From a virus (Duplodnaviria; Caudoviricetes): a DNA stretch of 58,299 nt. Within the stretch, counting starts at the first letter, position 1, and each line of letters starts with the position of its first letter. Both the position numbers and the translations under genes were made by a program. The notes below the pieces were generated by a model. That model did not search any database, was not told the origin of the DNA, and saw only the letters and a program-made list of their open reading frames with translations. Shown here piece by piece: positions 27,351 to 37,075 of the stretch. The DNA is taken from the IMG/VR virus record IMGVR_UViG_3300021225_000305, positions 1 through 58,299 of that record; one strand, written 5' to 3'.

Positions 27351-28368
27351 ATGGACAAGCCTCGTAATGGAAGAGAGAGTGTAAAAAGCCCTCTTAAGTA
27401 CAACAAACAAACTGGAGTTCTTACAAAGGGTAAGACTACCTTAGACACTAATACAGGTGAGCAGGTAAAGAAAAGTTTATCTGTTACCATGCCTTGGAAG
27501 AAGGGAACAGGTAAGGATCGTTTCTACAGTATGAAAGAGGTTAGCTCTTTAGCTGGAGGGGAGAAGAAAGTTCTTAAGTCGAGAGAAGTTAAAGTAGATA
27601 ATAAAGGAAAAAAGATCAAGACTAAGGTTGATGGTAATGTAACTATGGTTAAGACAAAGACTCCTGGAGCAAAAACTCGTATCTCTATTACTGACTCTGC
27701 TACAGGAAGAAAATACTCAGCTAAGAATGCAATAGCTGCCAATAGAAAGGCTAATAAATTAAAGAGATCATAAGACATGGCAAAGGTTCAGGCTGCTACT
27801 AATTTTAAAAAGAAGCCGAAGGTTAAAAGACCTGGCGTACACGCTAAGACAAAAATGTCTAGCTGCAAGACTTCTAAGAATTATGTTAAACCATATAGAT
27901 CACAAGGATAATGAAAGACTCAAGATTAATACGAGCAGGGGTTGCTGGTTTTAACAAACCAAAGAGGACTCCAGGACATCCTAAGAAGAGTCATATTGTT
28001 GTAGCAAAAGAGGGAGAGACTATTAAGACTATTCGCTTTGGACAACAAGGTGTGAAGACTAATCAAACTGCTGGACAGAGAGAGGCGTTTAAATCACGTC
28101 ACGCTAAGAATATATCTAAAGGCAAATTGAGTGCCGCTTACTGGGCCGATAAAGTGAAATGGAGTCCAAGTAAGACAGCTCAACCTAAAAATAAAAAATG
28201 GGTAAAAGGATCATGAAAAAAGTAAATAAGTTGGGAGTTGAGAACTCCCTATGGAACAATATCCGTAAAAAGGCAGAGATAAATAAAAAGACTGGAGCTA
28301 AACCAAAGGCTCCTACTGCCGCTATGATAAAACAGGAAAAAAAGATTAAGAGTAAAAAGAAAAAGTAA
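27351..28368 (+). CDS. Operon of four highly basic small proteins (27351-27773, 27777-27911, 27911-28216, 28213-28368)
   Basis: All Lys/Arg-rich; 27911-28216 has the IRFGQ..G...FK.RH..N...AAYWA...W motif common in phages; TATCTTTG upstream. Confidence 0.65.
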
Positions 28369-28393
28369 TATCTTTGTTTAAACATTTTATACC

Positions 28394-28729
28394 ATGAACG
28401 CATTCGATTTAAATAGAAAGGAATATATCCGAGTTAATAATAATAATGAAGATGCATTACCATCATTCAATAAATTACAGTTTTTAACTTCTTTTGTAAT
28501 TACTGCTGATGTAGGAAAACCATTACCAACGGTATTTGATTCTAGCACAGTTATTTCTTCTAACGGCAATTTAATTGGTAATGCTGAAATAATGTGTTCT
28601 GATAATTACTATGCAGGTGCTGGTTACGCTTGTTATATTTCTGAAATGGGAGTTATTAATTCAGGAGTAAACGTAAATTTACCATACGCAAAAGTAAATG
28701 TGTATGCAATGGATGGAGCTGTTCTTTAA
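28394..28729 (+). CDS. Hypothetical protein
   Basis: 111-aa ORF after a TATCTTTG element. Confidence 0.55.
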   Translation: MNAFDLNRKEYIRVNNNNEDALPSFNKLQFLTSFVITADVGKPLPTVFDSSTVISSNGNLIGNAEIMCSDNYYAGAGYACYISEMGVINSGVNVNLPYAKVNVYAMDGAVL

Positions 28730-29642
28730 ATAGAGTCTCGGTTCATAAAGATAGACTTAATTGATTCGTAAGAAGTTTTGAATAGGCGTGGGTTTCCCAT
28801 GCCTATTTCTATTACAACATAGTCTGTAATCAACTCGTCAACCTGGCGTATAGACATTACATCTCGGATATCAAACATAGTGGTAACTAATTGTTCTGAT
28901 GGAGTGAGGTCAAAGAAGTCTATTCCTCCCGTATTGGTAAGGACCTCCATAGCCTCGATATAATAGCCTTTAATCAACATTTGGACGTAGGATATACCTG
29001 ATCAATCTTCGTAGGTTCTTTGCGTCTCTATAGGATAGAGGGATTAATTGCCTTCCTGTCTCGTCAGTAATGGCAATATCTACTCCAGCTCCGTTAGCCC
29101 ACTCAGTGACTTCGAGCATTTTATTCTCTTCCTTATCGTGGAAGTAGGAAACCTTAGTTTTTTTTGTGTGCATTTTCTTTGAATCTTAATAGTTGATGTT
29201 GATCGAGAACATACGAGTTACCTGTACCAAGGTTTCGAATATTCTCCTCTAATTTAATATCCTGAGATCTAGCCCATCCTGCAAAGCGAACAGTGTAGTC
29301 ATCTTCAACAATAGCGAGAACATACATATCCATTGGGCGAGAGTTTAATTTAACAACCAAACGTCCATTCTTTAGACGAGTGCTTTTGATATCTATTGTC
29401 AAATTTTTATAGATGCAATCTGGCTTGCCTGCGGTATCATCAGCAAAAGATAGATCGAAGTGTACGTTGTGCCATTTGCAAAAAGCATATTCAGAGAGGC
29501 ATCCATCAAAGTCTATTTCAAAACCTGATTTATCTGTAGCAAACTTCTGATCGACCACATTATTTTTTCTACTGAAGAAAGATCTTGTAGAGGCAAGTGT
29601 TCTTAAAAAGTGGACCTCAGATTCGTGGAGTTTAATTATCAT
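28726..29642 (-). CDS. Three hypothetical ORFs (28726-28980, 28970-29173, 29154-29642)
   Basis: Overlapping operon. 29154-29642 has G..SE.AF...D......IDIKST, suggesting a PD-(D/E)xK nuclease fold. Confidence 0.5.
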
Positions 29643-29736
29643 GATGAGAAGCCTGTTTTATTGTTACTATTGTCATCTAAATATGATGCTACAGCAATAA
29701 CACCAGCTATTGCTAAAGCTAAAATAAACCAGTCGC

Positions 29737-30111
29737 TCATAATAAGAATTTTATATTAGGTGGTGAATATGATGAGGATTTAATTACTTTTCCGTATTCG
29801 TTGTACAGAGGTTTTCCGTCTTCTAATTTTGACATATTAGATCTATGTATCTCGTTGAATATATCCTCTAGCTTGTCTTGAATACCATGTCGTATAGCTG
29901 TGCCAATTAATACATACAGCATATCACCAATAGCATCAGCTACCTCTACTAAGTTTCCATCAGCAGCAGCATCTGCATACTCTTCTAACTCCTCTAATAA
30001 CAATCTGTACTGGAGTACGATTTCATTGCGGTCTAAATTAGTAGACTCTTTTCTTATTGGTAGATTGAAGGCTGTGTTAAACTCCTCTACCTTTTTAATT
30101 ATGTTTTTCAT
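29737..30111 (-). CDS. MazG-like/PRA-PH nucleoside triphosphate pyrophosphohydrolase
   Basis: LLEELEEY...EVADAIGDMLYV..G...EIHRSNMSK...GKV.K...Y..P. Confidence 0.85.
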   Translation of the reverse strand: MKNIIKKVEEFNTAFNLPIRKESTNLDRNEIVLQYRLLLEELEEYADAAADGNLVEVADAIGDMLYVLIGTAIRHGIQDKLEDIFNEIHRSNMSKLEDGKPLYNEYGKVIKSSSYSPPNIKFLL

Positions 30112-30243
30112 GTGTGTTTAATTTTACACCCTAACCTGGCATATGTAAATTTTAGCCAGGATTAGAGCGTAATAGTTTAATGTTCTTTACAAAGATAGCA
30201 AAGAATTTTATAAAGTCAATTAAAAGATATTAACAATGCGGTG

Positions 30244-30387
30244 TTATGATCCGCAGTATAAGCATCCCTCCTCTTCTTCTTCGGAGGAGTTAGAAACGCG
30301 AATGGCTTCTATTTCAACTTGAGCATCCGTCCAATCAGGGTGCATATTCTTAATTAAGTGTTTTAAAAACGGCAAATTATTTTCCAT
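30244..30387 (-). CDS. 47-aa peptide ending EEEEEGCLYCGS (not in ORF track)
   Basis: MENNLPFLKHLIKNMHPDWTDAQVEIEAIRVSNSSEEEEEGCLYCGS*. Confidence 0.6.
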   Translation of the reverse strand: MENNLPFLKHLIKNMHPDWTDAQVEIEAIRVSNSSEEEEEGCLYCGS

Positions 30388-30455
30388 ATGTTTTATCTTC
30401 TTCGTATTCGTAATCCATTAATGTTACAATCACAGGTGTGTATGTATCTGTTTCT

Positions 30456-30918
30456 TCATTGTATGTCATCCATAGCTCTTCGTAGGTAGACGGCAAGGTC
30501 GAGTGCTTCTTCATAGGCTTCTTTTATCCAGTCTTTCAAAATTAAGTCTTTTCGATCAACTGTGGTCCCATATTCTTTCAAACCTTTTTCCTCTCTTTTA
30601 CGAAGATCTGCAATTACACTTTCAAGAGTATTTGAACTTTTTTCATCCTTGTAATTATACTTGATTTTGCTTATAGTTGTCTTACTCTGCTCCATAGGTC
30701 TCATAGTGTTTAAGGATAATATCTTCTACAAATCTCTTTTTAAGCTCATCCCAACCTCCCCAGTTAGTTTCACTTGATGATGGGTGAGCAGAGACAGAAT
30801 ACATTGTCCCTAGATTATTCACTTTCTTTATTAAAGTATATTCATACTTCATGTCTAAGATAACTTCTCCATGAAAGTGGTACTCTGTTTCGTGTGGTTT
30901 TTGAATTGTGATCTCCAT
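30456..30918 (-). CDS. Two small ORFs (30456-30704, 30682-30918)
   Basis: 30456-30704 has R...G..EYG.T.DR.D....WI..A.EEALDLAVY, an all-alpha NTP-pyrophosphatase-like EE..D pattern. Confidence 0.55.
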
Positions 30919-30925
30919 AATTTTT

Positions 30926-31438
30926 TTAGTCTTGAATTTTTAATTTGTAAAGTAGTTCTCTGTACGCAACTCGTGGTTGTGAGTATCCATGTTCCTCCAT
31001 TTTCTCAACAAAGTATTGGACTAACATTCTGTCTTTCCACGATGTTTCAACGCAGTCTTGAAACTCATTAATTCCATATAATACTGTAGCGTAATGTTTG
31101 TTATCGAACTCTTCACCTACTCCAGATAGTGTAATTGGAAGAGTTTTGTACATCATCCACATCACCATTTGACGATAGGCAACATTCTCTCTCTTTCTAT
31201 TCTTTTCACCTGTGGCATTGAACACCTTCATGGCTAAATCTTTCATAAGATCGATATAGTTTCTCATATTAGTACCTATAGCTACATTATGAATTACATG
31301 CTGAAATTTATCAGCCTCTTCCTTTAGGTGAGGTAAATAAAGAACTAGATCTTTGATGAATCTTTCTTTTCTCTCATTTGGCACATATTCTAAGATGTCT
31401 CCAAAGTGAATTGCTTTTTTTTCTTTCTCTGTTGTCAT
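30926..31438 (-). CDS. Protein with DnaA C-terminal-like HTH
   Basis: RKRENVAYRQMVMW......TLSGVG.EF..KHYATVLYG matches the Bac_DnaA_C pattern. Confidence 0.75.
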   Translation of the reverse strand: MTTEKEKKAIHFGDILEYVPNERKERFIKDLVLYLPHLKEEADKFQHVIHNVAIGTNMRNYIDLMKDLAMKVFNATGEKNRKRENVAYRQMVMWMMYKTLPITLSGVGEEFDNKHYATVLYGINEFQDCVETSWKDRMLVQYFVEKMEEHGYSQPRVAYRELLYKLKIQD

Positions 31439-31443
31439 TTTTT

Positions 31444-31893
31444 TTATTTGATTTGATTGAACATTTCCTTAACTTGATCTATTGTGTGACTTTGAATAAA
31501 ATTCCAGTAGACGAATTTGTATAAATTATGTAGATATTTTTCCTGGTACTTTTTTGAACCATTTGGCTTTCCGAGACCAAGCTCCTTGCAAGTTCTAATA
31601 CTTGCGTTTTTCTTGATGTTTTCATTTACTTCTTTGTTTATTAAATTATTCTTTCGCAAATATCTAACATTTTTCTCACAAAATGCAAATAAAACTTCAA
31701 TTATTTCTACATATTTTTTATTAACACAGATATAAACAGCCTCGATATTTTCGTAAAAGTCTTGTTTTGAACCAGTTAACTCTCCGTCTTTATATTTAGT
31801 GATTGCCAATTGTCTGAGTCCGTATTGGAATGATGGATCAGAATGGTATATCTTCGTTTCCATAGATGTCATCATTTTTTTGTTCGTAATCAT
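31444..31893 (-). CDS. Hypothetical protein
   Basis: ORF within the replication operon. Confidence 0.5.
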   Translation of the reverse strand: MITNKKMMTSMETKIYHSDPSFQYGLRQLAITKYKDGELTGSKQDFYENIEAVYICVNKKYVEIIEVLFAFCEKNVRYLRKNNLINKEVNENIKKNASIRTCKELGLGKPNGSKKYQEKYLHNLYKFVYWNFIQSHTIDQVKEMFNQIK

Positions 31894-33586
31894 TTATTGG
31901 GCTGAAACGCTCCTCACTTCCAATCTCAGTAAAACGCTTGCACTTTACATCGTATAGGAATCGCACCTCTCCAACTCTTCCCACAAAAGACCACCTAATC
32001 TTCTGAATGTGGACCTGTGTCTCTCCAGTTGCGTAATCTCTATAGACCACAAAACCATTGTCACATTTGTTGAAGAAATGTGCTGAACCTGCGATGTCGT
32101 AGAGAGTAGGGACAACATAGGCTCCATTCTCTTTTCTAATTTTTGTCGGGTGTGCGACAAGGAAAACATGTACTCCATAACGGTCTTTAAATCTTTTTAC
32201 TTTTGTTAATGCTTCTGATATATATTGTGTTTCGCTCATCCCCTTTGGGACTTGATGTTCTACATAGTTCCAAGGATCTATTACAAGGCAATTGATTCCA
32301 TTTCTCTTTACAAGCTCCGCTGCTTTGTCAAGGATGCCATCAATGGTAACATCCATTTCATCAATCTTCATGAAGAAAAACATGTCCTCTACAAACTCAC
32401 GGGCAACATCTACTTCCTTTTCGGTCATTTTTAATATAGGATTGTAAGAGAAAAATGACTTACCTATAAATAATTCGGCTAACTCAGTAAATAATATTTC
32501 AGTAGGTTGTTTTTCTGGAGAAAACATTGCTATCTTCCAAGAGTGCTTTGCAGCGAGTCTAACTATGATATTACTCAGGAATGTAGATTTACCAGCGTTG
32601 GGAGTACCTGTAATTATTGTAAACTCTGAACCTCTAAAAGAAATATGTTCATCAAGCATTGGATAACCAGCCTTAAGCCCCGTTGGAAAACCGTTAAGAT
32701 ATATGTCATTTATCTTATCTCTAACATCATTTACTTTCTCTATTCCTTCTATCGGTATCTGATAAGCCTCAGCTATTATTTTTTGTAGCATGTCTGGGCC
32801 GTAGGAGAGAAGTATTTCGTTGGCATCCTTACACCCGTCAATAGAATTTACATACCATATTCTTTCTCTTCCAAGTCTTCTTGTCAACTCATCGCGTAGA
32901 GAAAGTCCTGCTGAATCATTATCTGTAAAAATGATAATTTTATCCTTGTCCGCGAAGTCATCGATACAGTTATCAAGATACTTTAAATTCTGATTACCTT
33001 TAGAAGCTCCGTTTGGAACGCTTACAACTGGGTATATTCCACTTTCGTGCATTGAGAGGCAGTCCATTTCACCCTCAACGATTACACACCATTTATAGCC
33101 CTCTAATGAGTTTAAGTTGTACATGATCAACTCAGCTCCAGAAACCATACGAAAATTCTTCTCAGCGTCTCTGTATTTTACGTTGACAAGAATATCATTT
33201 TTAAAGTAATTAAAGCATATAGCGTTTCTTTTCTTTTGAACCTGAGGAAAGAACTGTTCCTCCTCTGTTATTTTAAATTGAAGAAGTGTATTGTTTGATA
33301 TTCCTCTTGACTCAAACCAAGAAACAACCTTATCGCTTACCTTTTGAAGTCGAGAGACAGGCATTACATATTCAACTTTCTTCTCATTTACATTGACACT
33401 CTTGCCGTCTGATGCCGAACAGGCTGGGTAGTGACATTTGTACACTCCCATCTCCACGTTAACAGATAGACTCTTGTCCTTCTTGTTCGATCTCCCATCC
33501 ACACAGAAGGGGCAATTAACCTTCTGCTGTCCTGGGATGTCCTTGCACTTAATTCCTAGTGCTGTTATTTTTTGGTAGTTGCTCAT
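31838..33586 (-). CDS. Primase-helicase (T7 gp4/Twinkle-like)
   Basis: Zn finger CPFC..CHY..C, TOPRIM VEGEMD..S / DND..G / KDANE, Walker A GTPNAGKS, IDPWN, LVAHP.K, GSAHF. Confidence 0.92.
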   Translation of the reverse strand: MSNYQKITALGIKCKDIPGQQKVNCPFCVDGRSNKKDKSLSVNVEMGVYKCHYPACSASDGKSVNVNEKKVEYVMPVSRLQKVSDKVVSWFESRGISNNTLLQFKITEEEQFFPQVQKKRNAICFNYFKNDILVNVKYRDAEKNFRMVSGAELIMYNLNSLEGYKWCVIVEGEMDCLSMHESGIYPVVSVPNGASKGNQNLKYLDNCIDDFADKDKIIIFTDNDSAGLSLRDELTRRLGRERIWYVNSIDGCKDANEILLSYGPDMLQKIIAEAYQIPIEGIEKVNDVRDKINDIYLNGFPTGLKAGYPMLDEHISFRGSEFTIITGTPNAGKSTFLSNIIVRLAAKHSWKIAMFSPEKQPTEILFTELAELFIGKSFFSYNPILKMTEKEVDVAREFVEDMFFFMKIDEMDVTIDGILDKAAELVKRNGINCLVIDPWNYVEHQVPKGMSETQYISEALTKVKRFKDRYGVHVFLVAHPTKIRKENGAYVVPTLYDIAGSAHFFNKCDNGFVVYRDYATGETQVHIQKIRWSFVGRVGEVRFLYDVKCKRFTEIGSEERFSPINDYEQKNDDIYGNEDIPF

Positions 33587-34317
33587 ATTTTCTTAAAGTA
33601 TCCTGGTTCTGCTCTATCGATTTCTTGTTGTGTTTTATAATGTACGCTTCCGAAAAAATCTCTTACTTTTATTTTTTCTTCTTGAATTTTGGCACTGTCC
33701 TTAAACCATACGTGCATTTTCAACCTCCAATTTTTTACAGGAGAGTCGTTTTTATCTCTCCAATCATTAGATGAGTAATATTCAAATGCCTTTATTGCTA
33801 CACTCTCCTGGTATCCTTTTTCTTTAAAATACAATTTCACTTCTTCTAAACTAGGTGGCATCGAATTTGATTTTGATTTTTTTGCCATAGTATTAGTAGT
33901 AGTATTTGTATTACTGTATATTCTTAGTGTATCTGGTATTGCTTTGACCTCAGGGGCTACTCGATTGCCCGACTGGGCAGATGGGTTTTCTGTCGAGTCA
34001 TATGGTTTAATGAACTTCTTTTCGTCAACAAATGCATACCATAAAGTCTTATCAATAGCAAGTTTATTGTAGTTCCCTTTCATTAATACACCATCGGCAA
34101 CTAAATGATCAATAGCAGTTCTTACCTGTTTTTCTGAAAGGTATTCAAAGTTTTTGGCAAGTTCTTTTAATGATATGTAAGTCCAAGTTCTTCCGTCCTT
34201 AAAATTATACTTCTGATCGATATTATGTTCAATCCAAAACTTAAAGTTCTTGATTAAAACAGCTTCTGCTAAACCGTACTCTTTAGCGTGTTGAACTTCA
34301 AATGAATGTAAACTCAT
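33583..34317 (-). CDS. Phage replication initiator-like protein
   Basis: N-terminal wHTH (DGRTW.Y.S..EL...F.YLS..Q.R..I..L...G) and C-terminal PPSLEEV..YF.....AF.YY...W.......KNW. Confidence 0.7.
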   Translation of the reverse strand: MSLHSFEVQHAKEYGLAEAVLIKNFKFWIEHNIDQKYNFKDGRTWTYISLKELAKNFEYLSEKQVRTAIDHLVADGVLMKGNYNKLAIDKTLWYAFVDEKKFIKPYDSTENPSAQSGNRVAPEVKAIPDTLRIYSNTNTTTNTMAKKSKSNSMPPSLEEVKLYFKEKGYQESVAIKAFEYYSSNDWRDKNDSPVKNWRLKMHVWFKDSAKIQEEKIKVRDFFGSVHYKTQQEIDRAEPGYFKKI

Positions 34318-34835
34318 AATAAACCTCCTATTTTTTTTAATAACATTAAATCAGTATTTGTTAAATCAAACCACTCACCTCTAATCCATTTGTCTTTAAA
34401 AATTTCATGTAACATCCTCTCTTGATTTACTGTTCCTTGGAAAAAAAACAAGAGTTCTATTGATGATTTTTGACTAAGCAAAGTAGCTTCTCTTTTTGTA
34501 GGGCTATCACTTCTTCCAATTTTATAATGACCAGTATGGTGATCTATCATTACATACAAATTAGTTAATCTACTTTTTTTCTTTTTGTTCATTAAATTAT
34601 AAGTAGCAATATCTAATTCTCTCTCAGCTTCTTGTTTCATTTCCTGTTCGTGCTGCTCTATAGATTTTTTATACTTCAAATAAAGTTCTTTTGTTCTTAT
34701 TAAGACTTCAATAATTGCATCAATTTCTTTATCCGTGTAGCATAATCTTCCATTAGGGACATACGTTTGAGTTTCTTCATTGTAAATAAGTAATTCATGT
34801 CTTCCTATGGCTCTAATAACCTGGATTGTATTCAT
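34314..34835 (-). CDS. T5orf172/MUG113 GIY-YIG-like protein
   Basis: LYVM......YKIGRS..P..R....E..LH..F....IRGEWF.L. ATG at 34835 preferred. Confidence 0.8.
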   Translation of the reverse strand: MNTIQVIRAIGRHELLIYNEETQTYVPNGRLCYTDKEIDAIIEVLIRTKELYLKYKKSIEQHEQEMKQEAERELDIATYNLMNKKKKSRLTNLYVMIDHHTGHYKIGRSDSPTKREATLLSQKSSIELLFFFQGTVNQERMLHEIFKDKWIRGEWFDLTNTDLMLLKKIGGLL

Positions 34836-34951
34836 AATTTTTTGAGAAAAAAATGCCCCGAAGAATGGGGAGGTCGCAGTCTCACACCATTCAACAGGGC
34901 TAATGTTTTTATGTTTTTGATCCGCTGCGACTCGAATCGTAAACAAAGATA
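34836..34951 (-). promoter_or_regulatory. Promoter plus structured attenuator-like leader of the replication operon
   Basis: TATCTTTG (34944-34951); two hairpins with complementary loops GTCGCAG/CTGCGAC, the second followed by T7. Confidence 0.6.
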
Positions 34952-34958
34952 ATACGTT

Positions 34959-35177
34959 TTACGCTGCTCTCCAAATACGAACCCCGCCATCCATAGTTCT
35001 CGCGGTAAGCTCGTAGTTTCTTTTCTTCTTTTGGTAGAACAATTTAGCGAGATACTTTGATGTTTCTCCTTTAACGAAGAATGAATCTCCAACTTCTAAT
35101 TCAGGCAAGATATACTCAGTCTTGCGTCCTCTTCCACTACTATCTGGGATCGGGATGTTTTTATCAATATTCAACAT
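34959..35177 (-). CDS. Small putative DNA-binding protein
   Basis: IDKNIPIP...Y.L..LEVGDSFFV.....R....GVRIWR; divergent from the SSB gene. Confidence 0.6.
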   Translation of the reverse strand: MLNIDKNIPIPDSSGRGRKTEYILPELEVGDSFFVKGETSKYLAKLFYQKKKRNYELTARTMDGGVRIWRAA

Positions 35178-35344
35178 GGTTTTTTTATTATGTGTGTTTT
35201 TACTTTTGCAAATGTAATGACATTCTTACAAATATTCCAAATAAATTTTAATAACAAGTTAACGACTGTTTGTTGAAAACTATTAAAACCATTCCTTTAC
35301 ATTCCAAACTTTATTGTTAAATTTGCAAAACAAAATTACACAAA

Positions 35345-35689
35345 ATGAATATTAAAGGAAAAATCAAATCGGTAGGCAACACCGAACAGAAGAGTGCCAA
35401 ATTTGCAATCAGAACATTTGTTGTTGAAATTGAGGGTAAGTACCCAGAGTTGATAGAGTTTCAGCTTGTAAACAACAACACATTTATTATCGATCCTTTT
35501 AAGACAGGGGATGAAGTTGATGTTTACTTTAACCTTAAAGGAAGAGAGTATAACGGAAGAGTTTATAATTCTCTTCAGGCATGGAAGATTGAGGGAGAAC
35601 CAAAATCAAACACACATGAAACAACAACACAAGAAAACGCCCCCCAGACCACAACCGAAACAAAAGAAGACGGAGACCTCCCATTCTAA
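35345..35689 (+). CDS. Single-stranded DNA-binding protein (DUF3127-like, Bacteroidota type)
   Basis: KYPE.I.F.....GDEV.V.FNLKGREYNG...NSLQAWKI and acidic tail ending DLPF. Confidence 0.85.
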   Translation: MNIKGKIKSVGNTEQKSAKFAIRTFVVEIEGKYPELIEFQLVNNNTFIIDPFKTGDEVDVYFNLKGREYNGRVYNSLQAWKIEGEPKSNTHETTTQENAPQTTTETKEDGDLPF

Positions 35690-35699
35690 TGTTAAAAGA

Positions 35700-35726
35700 A
35701 AGTCCCCCTTGTTTAGGGGGATTTTT
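35700..35726 (+). terminator. Intrinsic terminator after SSB
   Basis: AGTCCCC...GGGGGATTTTT hairpin and T run. Confidence 0.65.
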
Positions 35727-35750
35727 GTATTTTTGGATAAAATTAAATCT

Positions 35751-36095
35751 ATGTTCTTCAAATCAAAAAAGAAAAAAGAGGAGGAGTCAACTCCATTACC
35801 TGTTTTGTGTAGCACATACTGCGTAGTATGGAACAGCGAAGAAGAGATTGAAAACAATCCTGGTCAGGGTTTATATACAGACTTTGTGCCTATCATTTTT
35901 GACGTCACAAAAGTGTCTGCAATCCAAGCCGATGTTGAGTTTAGAAATGATGGTACGGCATCAGTTGGATCACGAACATTAATATATCTATTGGGTTCTG
36001 ATGAGCCTCTTATAATAGATTGTCCATATAAAACTTTTGTTGAGACGTTCACACTTTTAAAATCAAACGAAGCTTATAATAATGCAAACCACTAA
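35751..36095 (+). CDS. Hypothetical protein
   Basis: ATG at 35751 is the likely start of the track ORF 35511-36095. Confidence 0.55.
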   Translation: MFFKSKKKKEEESTPLPVLCSTYCVVWNSEEEIENNPGQGLYTDFVPIIFDVTKVSAIQADVEFRNDGTASVGSRTLIYLLGSDEPLIIDCPYKTFVETFTLLKSNEAYNNANH

Positions 36096-36960
36096 GTACG
36101 GTAAAAACATCCTTATTACTGAATGCAGTACGGAGGATAAATTTCTTATGATTTCTGATGTCCATTGGGACAACCCTAAATGCAAAAGAGATACATTAAA
36201 AAAACATTTAGACGATGCCGTTAAAGACGGAGCTTGGATTGTTATTAATGGAGATTTCTTCTGTCTAATGCAGGGTAAATATGATCCTCGTAGAAATAAA
36301 AAAGATATTCTTCCTGAGCATAATGTACACAACTATCTTGATGCTGTAATTGAAGACGCTGTTGATTGGTGGTCACCTTATGCAAAATATATCTTGTGGA
36401 TTGGATACGGAAATCACGAGACTGCAATTATCAAAAATACAGAGACTGATCCTCTTCAACGCTTTGTTGACTTATTAAATTATAAGAATAAAACTAGCGT
36501 TCAAGTTGGAGGTTATGGTGGTTGGTGGAAGCTGCAAGTTCAACATAAAAAACACGCTACATTTGCCTTCAATGTAAAATATTATCACGGCACTGGTGGA
36601 GGTGGAGCTGTTACAAAAGGTGTAATTCAAAACAACCGTATGGGAGTTATGATTGCTGGAGCAGATTGTATTTGGATGGGCCACGTTCATGAATTGTATC
36701 ATGTTATTGATGGGCAAGAATCATTGGAACATCACTCAAAAAGAGGATATTTCATTAAGCATAAGTATGTTCACCACATCAGAACAGCGGCATATAAAGA
36801 AGAATACGGAGCAGGAGACTTTGGGTATCACGTTGAAAAGGGAAGACCTCCTAAACCAATTGGAGGTTACATTCTGTCATTTGACACTGCCTATGAGACA
36901 GGAAATGGTAGAGAGGCAATATTGTTGCTCCCTACGTTTACACAAGTAAGAGATCACTAA
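36082..36960 (+). CDS. Calcineurin-like metallophosphoesterase
   Basis: SDVHWD, NGD, GNHE, HG, GHVH motifs. Confidence 0.85.
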   Translation: MQTTKYGKNILITECSTEDKFLMISDVHWDNPKCKRDTLKKHLDDAVKDGAWIVINGDFFCLMQGKYDPRRNKKDILPEHNVHNYLDAVIEDAVDWWSPYAKYILWIGYGNHETAIIKNTETDPLQRFVDLLNYKNKTSVQVGGYGGWWKLQVQHKKHATFAFNVKYYHGTGGGGAVTKGVIQNNRMGVMIAGADCIWMGHVHELYHVIDGQESLEHHSKRGYFIKHKYVHHIRTAAYKEEYGAGDFGYHVEKGRPPKPIGGYILSFDTAYETGNGREAILLLPTFTQVRDH

Positions 36961-36961
36961 C

Positions 36962-37037
36962 AAAAAATGGGGACCTTTGTCCCCACTTTCTGCACACAAA
37001 TAAAAAACACACATTATAGGACCAGAACAGTCCTATA
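36962..37037 (-). ncRNA. Putative small RNA; its terminator hairpin is bidirectional
   Basis: TACTTTTG (37038-37045), hairpin TATAGGAC/GTCCTATA, single-stranded ATGTGTGTTTTTTATTTGTGTG, terminator GTGGGGAC-AAAG-GTCCCCAT-TTTTT. Confidence 0.5.
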
Positions 37038-37075
37038 CAAAAGTATTTCAATTTCACACACGAAAAAAACATTAT

